A stretch of DNA of 64,000 nucleotides from Cycas panzhihuaensis (lineage: Eukaryota; Plantae; Cycadophyta): the NCBI GenBank assembly GCA_023213395.1, contig CM041465.1, positions 73,291,741 to 73,355,740 of the forward strand, read 5' to 3'. Numbering within the stretch: position 1 is the stretch's first letter; every line of letters starts with the position of its first letter. A program made the translations under genes and the position numbers. The notes beneath the pieces are model-generated. The model searched no databases and had not been told where the DNA came from. It saw only the letters and a list, made by a program, of their open reading frames with translations. Shown here piece after piece: positions 38,845 through 53,324 of this stretch.

Positions 38845-41800
38845 TTCAACTTTAGTTTCTTTAAGTGATTTACTTTGTAAAGTTCTATTAATATATTTTA
38901 TGTTAGTGTGCCTTATCACTTAAAGTGATGAAGTATGCACCCACTTTATTTCTAATTACATAATGTTGTAGTTTGAGGGTTAACATACCCTCATGCATTT
39001 ATGCTCTAAGAGAGCTTTAAGAGATACCTATCCCACATGCAACTAGCATGCTTGCATATTTGACATTCATGAAACATGCAACACTCTTGAGTCTCTATAT
39101 ATTGAGACCATTCTTCATGTATTTCACAACAGTGAGTGTTGTAGTATTATACTGTTGTTCTTGGTTAATATAAGCTTCTTATTTATTTAGAGTTTGATTA
39201 ATTCCTTCTCCTCCAAATTTTGTGTGCTCATGCTTATGATCTCCATGTTTATGCTTGATCGTAGTACTGATCACCATGCTAGCTTGATTAAATGCTAATT
39301 ATCTTCATTCTCATAGCAATCTTTCCTCTGTTTTAGATACTTAAGGCCATATGCTTAATGTCCCATTCTTAACATTTAGTATCAGAGCCTTGTGAAAGGA
39401 GTTTTTTTTTAATTTCTAAGAAGGTTCCAAACCCTTAATGATAACCTTCACTCTTCGAAGGCAATTCAAGGCTTAGTTTGGTCAGTTTTTTAAATTTTCT
39501 CACAAATTCTTAGATATTTGTAGGCTAAAGATTGGTTATCTTAAGTTTTGATTTTTTTAGATTTATTTCATTGGATGTAATAGTGAAATATCACTAAAAA
39601 TAGTGTTTTTTCTTGATTTTCTACAATAAAAAATTAAATTTTATAGAATTACTGATAGATCTCTAGAGATTATTCATTTTTTGACTGAAAATTCATCTCT
39701 TATTCATCCCTCTATGCCTGCACCTCACATGCAAGAACTAACACATTGTTCTAGGTGACTTTTTCATATGCAAGGCAAATATTTTTAACAAAAAATACTT
39801 ATTTCTTCTGAGTTTGTCTTGTTGGCCTCTTTTTGTTCATCACTACAGGTGGAATTGACTATGGAGAAGAGATTTAGAGTATTAAATTTGGGTTTTAAAC
39901 TCTCGACTGAGATACAACAACTGCCTAAGCTCCCACAACGGTGTGCCAATACGATTCTTCATTTACTTCATTCTCTTTGCACAAAAGCTTTATAGCTCAT
40001 AAAAATTTATAGACTTTATCTTGCATCCCCTACAACCATCCCTCTAAAGTTTCGTCTTAATCAAATCATCCTGTAAAGAGTTCTCATCGATCAAAGTTAT
40101 TTAGTGCGTCACTGTTATTCTAACTTTTTTTATTTTGAAAAGATTTCATTTGGTGACTTTACAAATCAAACTTTCATTATAAAATTTAGGATATGCTTGG
40201 AATACTTTCTTTTTAATAAATGACTCCTTCCTATAGTTTGATTTTTAATACTTTTCTTAAGCAATATTTCATCATTTAAGCATATTTTAGCCTCTTTTTT
40301 TTTTCTTAAATTCATAAACACATTTTAAAAAAATTACAAATGTGTTTTTGACTTAAGATAAGTGATTTTAATGATATTTTGTGCTCCATAATAAAAAATT
40401 TACGTTTTGAGTGATTTTATAAGGCTCCCTACAAGGTAATCTTCATGCCTTAGTCATTAAAAAGGGACCGAATTTACTAATTTCTAATAAAATCACTTAT
40501 TTTTTTAGGCTAGTTATGACTATTTAAACTCTTAACACTTTGGTGCTATTTGTCTACTTGGTACAAGTGATTAAATTTGATATGAAACGGTTATTTTTTG
40601 TTATTAAAAATGAACCCACTTCAGCACTACATTGAAGCAAGAAATTTCTCATTTTGGATACTTAACACTTTTTGATATTTTTAAGTACTTTTATAAATAC
40701 TTTATGTATTAAAATTTATGTACTCAATTGCTTCATTTTGAAGCCATTTCATTCATATATTGATTAAGCATTTTAAGCAACAACATTTTCACTTAAATAA
40801 ATTTATCTAAATTAACTTAAACTTTTAATAAATTTGCTTTAAAATCTTGTGGAAGAGGCCTGAAAAAGGTTAAAACCTTGCCTCTCTAATCTAAAGCTTA
40901 ATGCATTCCCTAGAGGACCAATTAATTATACAGTCAATGCATGACAATTAAGATTTCTTGGAGTAAATGGGGTTTGAAAAGGATGTTATTGGGGTCGAAA
41001 ATCCCAAAGAAAGCACCGTATGTCGGTGCAGATCAACCCTACCTAGCCTTGTCCTAGATTTGGCTTAGTCAATTGTTAAATCTACTTATGAAAATCAAGG
41101 CTATTGGTGTGTTAGAATGGGGAACTTAAGTGGTAAAAGCTTTGAGTTTACAAGTTATCTACTAGGTTTAAGACCTTTTAATCAATTTAAACATAATGGT
41201 TGCTATCAATATATTTAATGCATGCACTATTAAATTAAATGGACAAGATAACTATCAGGAATGGAAGAGACTAATACATAATCTGCTAATCGTGAATGAA
41301 TTTTGATGATTTATTTTTAGAAAAAATTCTAGACTTGTACCTATTGTGAACCCAACTAATAATACTGTGCTACTTCCTCCTGATCTTGTTTTAACTGCTG
41401 CTTAGGATGTTAAGGATGAGACTGCCTTAGCATTTTTGCATATAATTGTTGATGTAAATGTAGACTAAAATAGTGCATATGCCAAAACATCAAAAGAAGC
41501 TTGGGATTCTTTGTCTTTATTATATAAAAGATGAGATGATGCTCACATTATGATTATCAAAGAAAAGTTGTATTTTTTGAAATTTGTAAAGTCCATGTAT
41601 ACATTCTTATCTACTATTAAATAGATATGTAATGAGTTAAATAGTCTTGATAAACCAACTTCTAGAGATGAATTTATAACTTCAACTTTGTATGCTTTGT
41701 CGAAAAAATATAATGGATTCATCTAATCAATTATCAGAGATGGCACATTGGCTACTTTGGCTTTCAATTAGCTTGAGAGTTTCTTACTTTACGATAGGAA

Positions 41801-44800
41801 GAACCATCAACTTCAAGATCATTCATGGCTAAGTTCAAGGTCGAATAGAATCCCAAATAATCATTTCAAAAATAATTTGGGAGTATGAACATTGACATAT
41901 CTAAAGCCAATAAAATATGTCATTATTGTGGCAAGGTATGTCACATAACTCTAGAATGTAAAAAGAAGTAATTAGATTTGTAACAATAACATTTTCAATA
42001 ATAACAACAATATCCTCATCAACAATAATTTTAGCAACAATATAGTAGCAACAGCAACAACAACCATCTAGACCAAATTGAGGTGGCTTGTAAGGTGGTT
42101 AAAGAGGAAGAGGAGTCTTTAGAGGTGGCAATCGATGCCACTCAAACCAATTTGCAGATGTAGATAAAATGTTTTGTACTTATCATAACTCTAGAAGTGA
42201 TAACACTTAGATAATTGATTTAGGGGCATCTTGATATATGACTGGCAATGAAGAATTACTTTATAATATCGAGAAAGGAAGAGGGTAATCTATTACACTT
42301 GATAATAATGAATTTATTGAGATTTTTGGCAAAGGCAAAATTAGCTTATTTCATTCACCTAATAACCCTACTTTTATATTTCTCACTGGAGATGCTTATC
42401 TAATACCTTTGATGGAGAAAAGCCTCTTATCTGTTAGTTAGTTATACAAATAATAAATGAATATTTTGTTTAAAGATGGAAAATGCATAATTAGTAATAG
42501 AAATGATCAAGTGGTAGCTATTAGTTATGAGAACCATGGACTTTACAAATTGGATGTATCAAATATAACACCTACCTATTTTGTCACTCAATCTATGTCA
42601 AAAGATCAACTTTGTCATAATGGACTAGGCCACTTAAGCTTGAAAAATATTAAGATGATGTTTATTAAAAACATAGTGTATGAGCTTTCTAAGATAATTG
42701 AATCAAAGTGTCTTTATGAAACATGTATCGTGGGGAATCAACATAGACAACATTTTCTAAAGGTAATTCATAGTGTGCATCAAAACTCTTACAATTAATT
42801 CATATAGATTAATGTGGACCTATGTCTATGACATTTCTTAGAGGATCTTTATATTACATCACCTTTATTGATAATTTTTCACATAAAGTTTGGGTGTACT
42901 TCATCAAACAAAAATCAGAGGCATTTCAAACTTTTAAGAAATTCAAACTATAAATGAAAATAAATCTAGATACTCAATCAAAAAATCTTAAGACTGGATA
43001 ATAGAGGTGAATTTACCTTTAGGAATTTCAATGAATTCTGCAAGGCTCATGGAATCAGGCAATAATTCACTATTTCTTATACATCTCAATAGAATGGAGT
43101 TTCTAAGCATATGAACAACAAGACTTTGACTAATAAAGCTAAAGTTATGATATATGCAAAAGGGCTACCTCGTTCTTATTAGGCAAAAGCATTATGCACA
43201 TTAATTTATGTGGTAAATAGGAGTCCAACTACAATATTCACTAACATGACACTAAAGAAGTCTTAGTTTAGTAGAAAGTTAATAGTTAACCATTTGAGAA
43301 CTTTTGGGTGCACTATTTATATACATATTTCCTATTAGCAAATGACCAAGTTAGATTATAAACAATCTCAAATATATTTTCGTTGACTATATTATTCACA
43401 AGAAAGCATATAGGATATATAGCCCTACTGCTAAGAAAATGCATATTTTTAGAGATGTAATATTTGTTGAAGATAATAAGGATTTAGAATCTACATTCAT
43501 CTAATCTCTCACTAGAAAAGGTAAACAAGTTGTTGATGATTTCCTTCCCTCACAATCATATACACCATATATATCTTCTGTTCATGTCATTTCTACTTCA
43601 GCTCCATCTACTTCAAATTTAGCTCCACTTGACCCTTACACTTCTTCAGTTGATCAACCTATAGAGCTAGAGGATATTAAAGTTAAAGCTACTTCTATAA
43701 AGAAGTTACCCAAATGGTATACATAGATAATGCATAATAGTCAAATCATAGAAAAAAAACATCTATAAAAGATTAGGTAATAAATAAACTATGTACTTAT
43801 AGTTGAGATGCTTTGGGTTAATAAGCCTTCTACTTTTGAGGAAACATGTAAAAGTGAAAAGTGGAAAGCTGCCATAGATGAAGAAATCTATTCTATTGAA
43901 AATAATAAAACATGGAATTTAGTGTAATTGCCTAAAAACAAAGAGGTAATAAGTTGCAAATGGGTTTATAAAACCAAATTTCATTCGAGCGTCATAAGGT
44001 TTGACTTGTTGCAAAGGGTTTCAAACAAAAAGAAGGCATTGATTATGATGAGACCTTTGCACAAATAGTAAACATGAATACTATCAGACTTATATTGGTC
44101 TTACCTGTTCAATACAAGTGGCCATTTTACTAGATGAATGTGAAGAACACATTTCTCAATGATGATCTTCAAGAGGAGGTTTATTGGAGCAACCTCTTGG
44201 TTACATTGAATAAGGCAAAGAATATTTGGTTTGCCATCTCAAGAAGGCTTTGTATAGTTTAAAACATGATCTTAGTGTATGTTCCTCTAAAATCAATAAT
44301 TAGTTTTTGAAACATGGATGTTATCGATCTACATTAGATCCTAACTTGTATATAAAAGTTAAGAAGAACCATTTTATCTTTGTTGTGTTGTATGTTGATG
44401 ACTTAGTAATTATAGGGAATGATACTAAGATGATTTAGATTCTCCAAGATGATCTTAAGAGAAGTTTTGAGATGACTAATCTTAGACTCCTCCAATATTT
44501 TTTAGGTATGGAGGTATGACAACAGTCAGGTCATATCTTCATTTCCCAAACAAAGGATTCTTGAAACATTTTGTAATGTTTTAGAATAGAGAATTACAAA
44601 CTATTGTCGACACCTATGAAGAATGAAATTAAGTTATCACTTGATGAGGAAGCAAAACCAACAAATCCTATATTATACCAACAACTAGTGGGCAACGTAA
44701 TGTACCTCACCAATACTAGACCGAACATTTTATTTATAATTGGGATTTGTTCATAATATATATCTTAACCTAATAAAAAACATTAGAATACAACAAAGTG

Positions 44801-45874
44801 TATACTAAGATACATCAAAGGCACATTTTAGCATGGCCTTCTATATACTCATAATGAGAACTTCATTTTGGAGGGATTTTTAGATTTTGCTTCGACATGT
44901 TGCTAAAATAGTTAGAGATTAACCTTGGGATTTTATTTTACCCTTGGTTAAGGAGTTATTTCACAAAGTTGTAAAAAGCATCCCAATGTTACCATGTCAT
45001 CCACGGAACCTGAGAACAAAACTACAGTCAATGCAACTTGTAAGGCTATTTGACTGAGGAGGATTCTTTAAGAGCTTGAAGTTGAGCACAGTCACCCCAT
45101 TAGGCTATATTACGATAATTAAAGTGTATCAAAGTTAACCAAAAATCTAGTTTTACATGCATAGACCAAGCACATTAAGGTTCATCACCATTTCATCAAG
45201 AAGTATATTTAGAACAGTGAGATCAACATTTTCTTTAAGCTCATAGACTAAGATATTATAAATATCTTTATCAAGCCACTTGGTAGAGAGAAGTTTAAAA
45301 AATTTAGAGATAGTCTTAGTGTCTGACTTAACATTATAAATATTAAGAGGGGATGTTAAACCTTTATGTTTAAATATTAAGTGATGTACTTTGTAATATT
45401 TTATTAATGTACTTTATGTTAGTGTGACTTACCACTTAAAGTGATAAAATATACACCAACTTTATTTTTAGTTGCACAATATTGTAACTTAAGAGTTAAT
45501 GTACTCTTAGTACTTATACTCCAAAAGAACTTTAAGGAACACTTATCCCATATGGAACTAATATGTTTGTATGTTTGACATTTGCCAAGCATGCAACACG
45601 CTTGAGCTTTTATATATTGAGACCATTCTTCATGTATTTCATAAGAGTGAGTGTTGTAATGTTATATTGTTGTTCTTGGTTAATATAAACTTCTTATTTA
45701 TTTGGAGTTGGATCAATTCTTTTTCCTCTATATTTTGTGTCCTCATGTTTATGCTTGCTCATAGTACTAATCTCCATGTTAACTTAATTAGATTCTAATC
45801 ATCTTCATTATCATAACAATCTTTCCTCTCTTTTAGATCCTTAAGGCCATATGCTTAATGCCCCATTCCCAACA
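38845..45874 (+). mobile_element. Ty1/Copia element J, near full-length sister of B in opposite orientation
   Basis: LTRs at ~38845-39374 (5' end eroded) and 45354-45874, PBS tagtatcagagcc at 39377-39389, PPT attaagagggga before 45354. Confidence 0.9.
41196..45353 (+). pseudogene. Copia gag-pol remnant of element J
   Basis: Zinc knuckle (CHYCGKVCHITLEC, ~41918-41960), GAG-pre-integrase ORF 42457-42798, RT LYVDDL at ~44388-44405 and RNase H end (TKHIKVHHHF). Many stops and frameshifts. Confidence 0.9.
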
Positions 45875-47963
45875 CCTAATACATTGATATATGTGACCAC
45901 CTCTTATTACTATTATCCAATCGATACGTCCTACAAAGGTCATTAGAAAAGTTATGCATAGAATAGGAATCTATCCAACTTAAGTAGATTTTGATATATC
46001 TTGAATGTCTTTTGATATGTTATTCATGTTTGTAATATTGAAACTTTAAGTTTGAATGTTGTGCTTTCTTGGGATATGTCATTGATGAGGGTCTTACCTA
46101 ACAAGTTTTACCATGCTAGGCCTGTTGATAATATGGATTTTGATATAGTCCCACTTTAGTTTGTCTTTCAACCTTTGGTGATGTCTTCTCTTCCTTATCC
46201 TCAGTTATATCTAGTGGTGTGGGGTGGTAAACAACTTATGCTGCTTGCTCTTGACACTCTTTTCCCCCCTCATCATTTTTTTATTGTTCTTGACTTTGTG
46301 GAATTAGGAGAATTCCTTGTGTTACCTTACGATTGAGCCTTCCTAATATTTGGCAAGTTTTATATTTTTCTTGTTGAAAACTCTGCATCTCCTGCCACCA
46401 AGAATCATTGTATTTTATACAGATAGCTGATTGTAGCCAACAAAATTTATTAAATAGATTAGATCTATACCATTCCCTAAACTAAAGGTAAGTCATTCCT
46501 TGTAGATATAATGAGGCCACTTTAGACATCTCTTCATTGCTCAAATAGTCATTAGTAGGTGACCTTAAATATAGATGCATATCTTTAAGCTAATCATTTG
46601 CGAAAAACGTCCCATCTGCATTAAATATAAGTAGTATAAGTCTTTCGATAGTCATGATGATATGAAAATAGAAAATGTTAAGGGATGTTTATACCTTACA
46701 ACCATTCAAGATAGAGAAAGAAGAGGAGAAATGATATAAAGAACATAACAGAGGAGATAAAAGTTCTGAAAAATATTCATTAATATAATACCATATATCA
46801 TTTCTTTACAATAGAGTGAGGTATATATAACACTAACCCCCACATTATTATATTCTTACCTCTAAGCTAACCAATCCCCTATTTCCTTATCATTAAGCTT
46901 TATTCTAACTAACCTTAACCTGATCTCATGTGGTGGAGGATCGTGACAATCAATTACAAATATGAATATATTTTTGAAATTATAGAATGTGGCCATAAAT
47001 AACATTTTCTCCTTTTGCTCCATGTGATTGAGTGCTAGTAGCTTGAGGCTTAAGACTCAAATTTGAAATTTTATCCAAAACACTTTAATTAAACATATAC
47101 CTCAGAAAAATAACTCACATGCCATTTTCTGAATGTTTCTTTTATGTCTACGTTCAAATTAGAATCTGAATTTGATTTCAAACCTACTAGTGTTTGATTT
47201 ATAATTGAATTTACAAATTTATGTGTATTAAGCTGAAAATATCTAAGAGGGCATTCACCATAGAACTCCAACATTCTACTAATGCCTATCATCATTGCCT
47301 AATTGCAAGTGTCTCCTTTATATCACTAACTTCATTACAGACCATGGCAAGACCACATAGCCCATGGCCTTTAAAGGTTGATAGTTTGTCTTTCTCAGTG
47401 TATTTGGGCCATTACATCTCATCTATGCTTGACTGTAGTTACCTCTGTCTTTGTAGCATCTCCGTCATTTGGATTTGAATTAAGAAGTCTCACATCTACC
47501 CCTCCACATTTTATTGCATTTAATGTTCCATACCCTTAATCAATAGAATTTATATTTTGATTTCACCATGACCTATATAGGCTTCTTAAACTTTAACCCA
47601 ATGACATCAATGCTAGATCATAGCCTATATTACTTCATCATTCACATTGCCTACTCTTTATGGGTTGCTCACCTTGTATCTTTTTAACTCAGTGTTTGAA
47701 CTTCACTTTTATGGCTTATTTCATAGGTATATTTTAGCTCTCATCATCAACAAAATAAGTTCTCAACATTCTACTTATATTCTCTAACATTTCATTATTT
47801 AAATTTCATAGCCAAGTCAATTCAACAAAATGATAGGTTTCTTCTATTTCCAACAATTGTGGTCTTTTTTTTCAATGTCTTTAGCGTCAAATTTCGAGTT
47901 ATAGATTTCTTCTATAGAGTTTCTTGTGCATTCAATATCTTCTTATTTTTCTTTTTAAGTATT

Positions 47964-50900
47964 TGTTAAGAGGTAATGTTTAATATATTCAGATCTAAGT
48001 TATGTCTTAATGTCATTAATGTAATAGTCTTAAATATTATATAATGGTTTATAAATATATTATCTAAGGTCTAATAGAGATGTTCAGTAATGTCATTAAG
48101 CATGTTTATATGTAATACCTAAATTAGTTGGTCAAATAGTTGTTCTTTTGGTTAGAGGACTTAATGACAAGTCCAAATATAAACGTGTATACATTCTCTT
48201 TCAATAATGATTCAACACAATGGAGATTTGATAACCATGTTTAATATGGTATCAGAGCCGATTGATACATTGGGAGAGTTTGATTTATTGCAAGTCTATT
48301 GTTAATAAAATTTTTAAAGGTTACTAGTTTTAGTTGTGAAGAAGAGACAAGCTAGTGATGAAAAACTGCCCATATGGATGTAAAGCACCTTAGCTTTCAT
48401 AGATTGATGTGTAATAGGTTTTGAACCCTGGAAAGTGGAGTTTGGTTGCGTGGATTGTGTTCTTGCATTCGAACAGTTGTGAAGACTATCTATAGTCTTC
48501 ACAAGTGGGTTTAGACTTGGAAGCCCCAGTCTGAAAAATGAGCTTCTGAATACAAAATTTTGAGAATTCTGTCTAATGGAATGTTGAATAATCATCTTTG
48601 GGTGACAACAATACGGTTACAAGACAAGATAAAGAGTTGAAAAAATTAAAAATCTTATGTTGAATAATCATCTTTGGGTGACAACAATATGGTTACAAGA
48701 CAAGATAAAGAGTTGAAAAAACTAAAAATCTTGGTAAGCAAGGACCAGTGTGGTAAAGGCTAGGGCATGAAGAGCTCTGTTCTGCCTCCTCCTCTCAGTC
48801 CCTCCATGGCTTTAACCTGCAGCGTCTTTCGTAGGCCCCAGAATGCACACAAAAAGTCAAGGGTGTGTAGTTGGCGAATGTATGGCCTCATTTTGCAAGG
48901 CAGTAGAGGGAGAAGCCCTTCATCTTTGCATACAACAAATTTTAGCTAGCCATGGTGACAATTTTGTGGTTTTAGAAGTGTTCTCACTGAGGTTGAAAGG
49001 CTTTCGAGTGGTGAATGAGGGATCGTTGTTCAGTGGTTTGCAGGTTTTGTTTGGCGTACCGTGAACTCTTCTCTTCTTCTTGATCTCAGATAACAAGACA
49101 GAAGACGTTGGGCCCTATTGAGGTGGCTTTCCTCGTATTCATTTGGAGGTCGCAGTGACTGTGGACTTATGAAGATGTAGGGTTACAACCATTATGGTGC
49201 AGTTGTGGCTTTGAGAGGTTGCACCATCTTTCTTATGTTTTTTCTAATATTTAGCCAATGTAGTGTGATGTTTCACATAGGCGTGGAGTTTGGCGGCCGA
49301 TTCTTTCTTCAAACCACATACGATGTCCTTCTGTTGGCTGAAGCTTCAGCTTCATGCATGTGGATTTAGCCATATGCGAGATTAATCTTGTGAATACGTG
49401 GAGGTAGGGTTTTGGCTTCTTTTCTATGGTTGTTGTCAGTTGTCAGCTTACATGTCTGTATCTGTATGCAGAGTATTTGTAACGAAAGACAGCAGGCGCC
49501 TTCGTTGCCTGTTCCGTGAAAGAAGTGCTTTTTGGCAACTGCATATTTATTCCTGCGGTTGGATGTGTTAGCAATTTATTGTTAAGTACGGTCTGTTTTG
49601 ACCTCAGAACTAGATTTGGAGCTTATTCCTAGGGGTTTTGAGGCAGGTGTTGTCCTAACAGAGTTCGTTTGGCAACCTTCTCCCTGGGGGCAAATGGTGC
49701 TTGGATTTTGATCCCTAAATAGATGTTTAGTGTCTGGAAGGTGTGATTAAGTGATAATTGGTAAATCTAAATGTTCAGGTTATTGGTGAAGGAATTTTTG
49801 GAGATGCGTGGAGCTCTTATTCTGACTGATCAAACTCAAGCAAGGTGGATATCCAGAGTGTGAAACAAAGCCAGACCGACGAAGACAGAAAGTCTAGAGG
49901 GAAGGAAGAAGAACAAGATAAATTAACAGGAAGATAAAATGTTCGTATAGCTGCAAATGCAGAGATAAAGGTATTTTTGAAGGCAATATCATTTCTCCAA
50001 AGTTATGAAATAAATTTCCACGAATGCGAGATTTCTTAAAGCAAATTTAATATTTTACAAAGTTCTTTTTAGATTTAACAAAATTGAAATTTAATTTGGG
50101 GTCTAGTAGCACCTTAGAGTATCAGTCCATGGTTATATGCAACATCAACATGGCCAATCACCAATTTATCAAAGGGGTTAATCTTCTGATAATATAAGTT
50201 GCTCTTCATACAGAGGTGTTCGCACATTTTCTCCTGTATCTCTCTATCTAGGCATCTGTTCTCTAAACAGAATGAGGCGTTGCATCATATTTCAAAGATA
50301 AATGTGTTGGTATATAATTTGAAGTATTTTCTTATTGATTTGACATATTTGTTTTAGGTTAAAGTAAGTGCATCATGAAGTTGAGTGATATTATTACTTT
50401 TATATTAAATTTTTTTTTTTTTTTGGATAACCTATTGTAACATAGCCTTGTTCAAATATGTTGGAATTAATTTTAAAATTTAAAGAATCAAAATAAAATG
50501 TATATTTATGTACAAAAGGCTACAAGAAATAATTGATGATCTTGCATCGATTAATGAAGAAGTGGAAGAAAATTTTAAGAAGAAGAACAGAATTGTCATT
50601 GATATGATGCCTACAGTTTTTCATGTACTTTAAAATATTGACTCAACTAAAGAGGCTTGGAATTTGTTGAGAGAAGAATTTGAATAGAGCCTTGAAGAAG
50701 TGCAGAAAACTGCCAAAAAAGCAAAGAACTAGAAGAAGAAGTTGAAGAGGAAAGCAAAGAGGGAGAATACAAATAATCAACTTGATTTTGGTAAGGATAA
50801 AGTTCTTATAGACTTATTTGATGTTCTTAAAGAAGTTGAAACGATAAGTGAACTTGTAAGTAAACATAAGGATTATGAATCCTTGATGCACATTTCTGTA

Positions 50901-52340
50901 AATAAAGTAAGTGATGAGTTTGATGACCGTCATTTAAAATTTGAAGAAGAAGATAAAAGTGAAGGTTTGAAGATTGAGAAGAATATTATCTTATCAAACA
51001 CTCTAAATCTCAACATGTTGACAGAAAAAATTGCAGTGAAAATCAATGAAAGAGTGGAGATTGAAAATTTTGAATTTGAAAATGATTTTAGACATCATCT
51101 TTTACAGGTGGCACATCATAAAGACATAGCTACCCTGGTGGAAATTTGGGTAATACTACCTTAATTTGTGTTGATGAATGTGTTGCGAGATTCTAAACGA
51201 TGACAGGTCACATGGTTGTATACATATGCATAAAACTCTGTATGATCATATTTAACATGATAGTTTTTTCTGTCTTAGTTTTTTGAAAGAATTTAGGTTG
51301 TATTGTCATATGCAACAAAGGCACTATGAGACTCCTTTAAAGAAAGAAAGGATACCTTGACTAAAACTGGATTTGGTCAAAATCTTACTTATCCAAACTA
51401 TTGTGTATTTCTAGTAGGATACCTAATCATGAATTGCAACCGTGTTGTGATAATATACCATCTCCTTGTAATCATAATTGGGATGCATACACATGTGATC
51501 TCTACAGAAGTTCTCATCTTATTTGGCACATCAATAGATTTTGTAGATGTTGAGGAGAAAATACAACATTTCATTGATCCAAGACAAGTTCCTACCTCGT
51601 GGAGTTAGGGAAAAAACCATTGTCTTTCTTTCCTTTCATGAAAATGTTCATTGGTTTGAAGAGTTGATCATACTCATTGTCTTGGAAACAAACAAGGAAA
51701 ATCTTTTTCTTCTCATGGAAATCTTAAAGTTAAAATCATTTGTCAAGATTTTAGATCTTAGAAAGGAATCAAATATGCAGTCAAACACAAAAGGGGTCAC
51801 CAAATAAGAAGCAGAAGATGTTAGAACATACATGATATACAAGCTTTGTTACATTCTAATTGAAGAGCAAGCTCGTGACATCGTTTTCAAAAAGATTCCC
51901 AGATTAAAGCACTATAAATTCAGGCAAACTTCTCATATCTAGTCTTGTCTTGTGTCAGTGTTTTTATCAGTATTTAGTGTTAGGTGTCATGATGTCTTTT
52001 ATATCCAATTTTGTGGTCTTGACATTAAATATTAAAGGGAGGTGTTGAGAGGTAATGTTTAATGTATAAATGTTTAATATATTCAAGTCTAAGTTATGTC
52101 TTAAGGTCATTAATGTAATAGTCTTAAGTATTATATAATGGTCTATAAAGATATTGTCTAAGGTCCAATAGAGATGTTTAGTAATGTCATTAAGCATGTT
52201 TATATATAATACCTAAATTACTTGGTCAGGTGGTTATTCTTTTGGTTAGAGGATTTAATGACATGTCCAAGTATAAATATGTATAAATTCTCTTTCAATG
52301 ATGATTCAATACAATGGAGACTTGATAACCATGTAAAACA
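47964..52340 (+). mobile_element. Non-autonomous Copia-derived LTR element (4.4 kb, LARD/TR-GAG-like) with unexplained cargo
   Basis: LTRs at 47964-48246 and 52043-52340, perfect PBS tggtatcagagcc at 48247-48259, PPT attaaagggagg at 52031-52042, TSD GTATT/ATATT. Only a gag N-terminal remnant (NIDSTKEAWNLLREEF, ~50633-50682) and a faint RNase H C-terminal remnant (~51845-51925) are recognisable. Confidence 0.88.
48581..48732. repeat. 76-bp tandem duplication (2 copies, near identical)
   Basis: atgttgaataatcatctttgggtgacaac...aaaatctt at 48581-48656 and 48657-48732. Confidence 0.95.
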
Positions 52341-53324
52341 ATATTGTTGGGGTTTTATGGACAATGTTAAACTTGTCAATGCCCTTCTGCCTTTAGCATT
52401 CAAAAATTTTGAATTGCCAACTCAACTTGGAGTCACTTTTCCCTTCATAATCTTTTTAGTAACATTCTTCATTATAGGCATTTTTGAGTTTGTCATATAG
52501 GCTTCATTCAGTTAGCTATACAACATTTACCCATAAATCATCACCATCATAGGGTGGGTAGGGTTACATTCGTGATCTTTTTACACAAACCAACAATACT
52601 CACCTTCCAATTGGTATGGGATACTCTTTAATAGGAGGTTATTGCGACTTTAATTTATATCCAAATTATTTGCCTCTATGCCATGTGAGACTTCATCAAC
52701 TTATTTACCCTTTATTTCCCTAGCAAAAAAATACTTGAAATAATTAAATATATGGACCCAACTTTAGAACCTCTACATGTGATTTTTAGGTTCCACATAC
52801 ACATGCATTAGTACATTAAATCAATATTTAAGAGCAATCTCACCATAGATTTAAGATCCCAATGTTACAACTTGCCCAAACCATACTTGTCCATCATATC
52901 AAGTATTACATCCATAAATTGATTCCGTTAAAACACCTCAAAGAAAACACAATTATTGCACCCATAAGAGACTTAGTGTGGAGAATTTCTCCAACTATTA
53001 GAGGATTCTAGCATGGGTGAAACACCTAAAATTTTTATGCCAATAAATTTTCATCTACCTCTATTTGTCACTGCAAAGAAATCCATAATGTTTAATAATC
53101 AAATAAAATGATCCATAATTCATCTATGGCATCCTTATAGTCCGCAATTATCATCAAGTCACATGGATAATTAATCGATGTGCTCGTTGCTTTATAGAAT
53201 GCATTCTAGATAAAAGGCTTGTCATGATAAAAAATGGAACTCTATGAGAATCAAACCATTGGCTCTAACAATTAAACCATGTGCTCTAAAGATCATACTA
53301 TAGACTCATAGAGTCCAACCATGA

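Noticed and set aside
41975-42066. AAC/AAT microsatellite as an independent repeat
   Set aside because: It encodes the Asn-rich linker after the gag zinc knuckle, and a similar tract exists in sister element B (~13260-13320).
45875-47963. Further gag-like and LTR-like remnants between J and the 47964 element
   Set aside because: Probably TE debris, but boundaries and family could not be supported by eye.
49108-49140. LGPIEVAFLVF resembling cathepsin B GPVEVAFTVYEDF
   Set aside because: Only about 9 residues with no supporting flanks; chance cannot be excluded.
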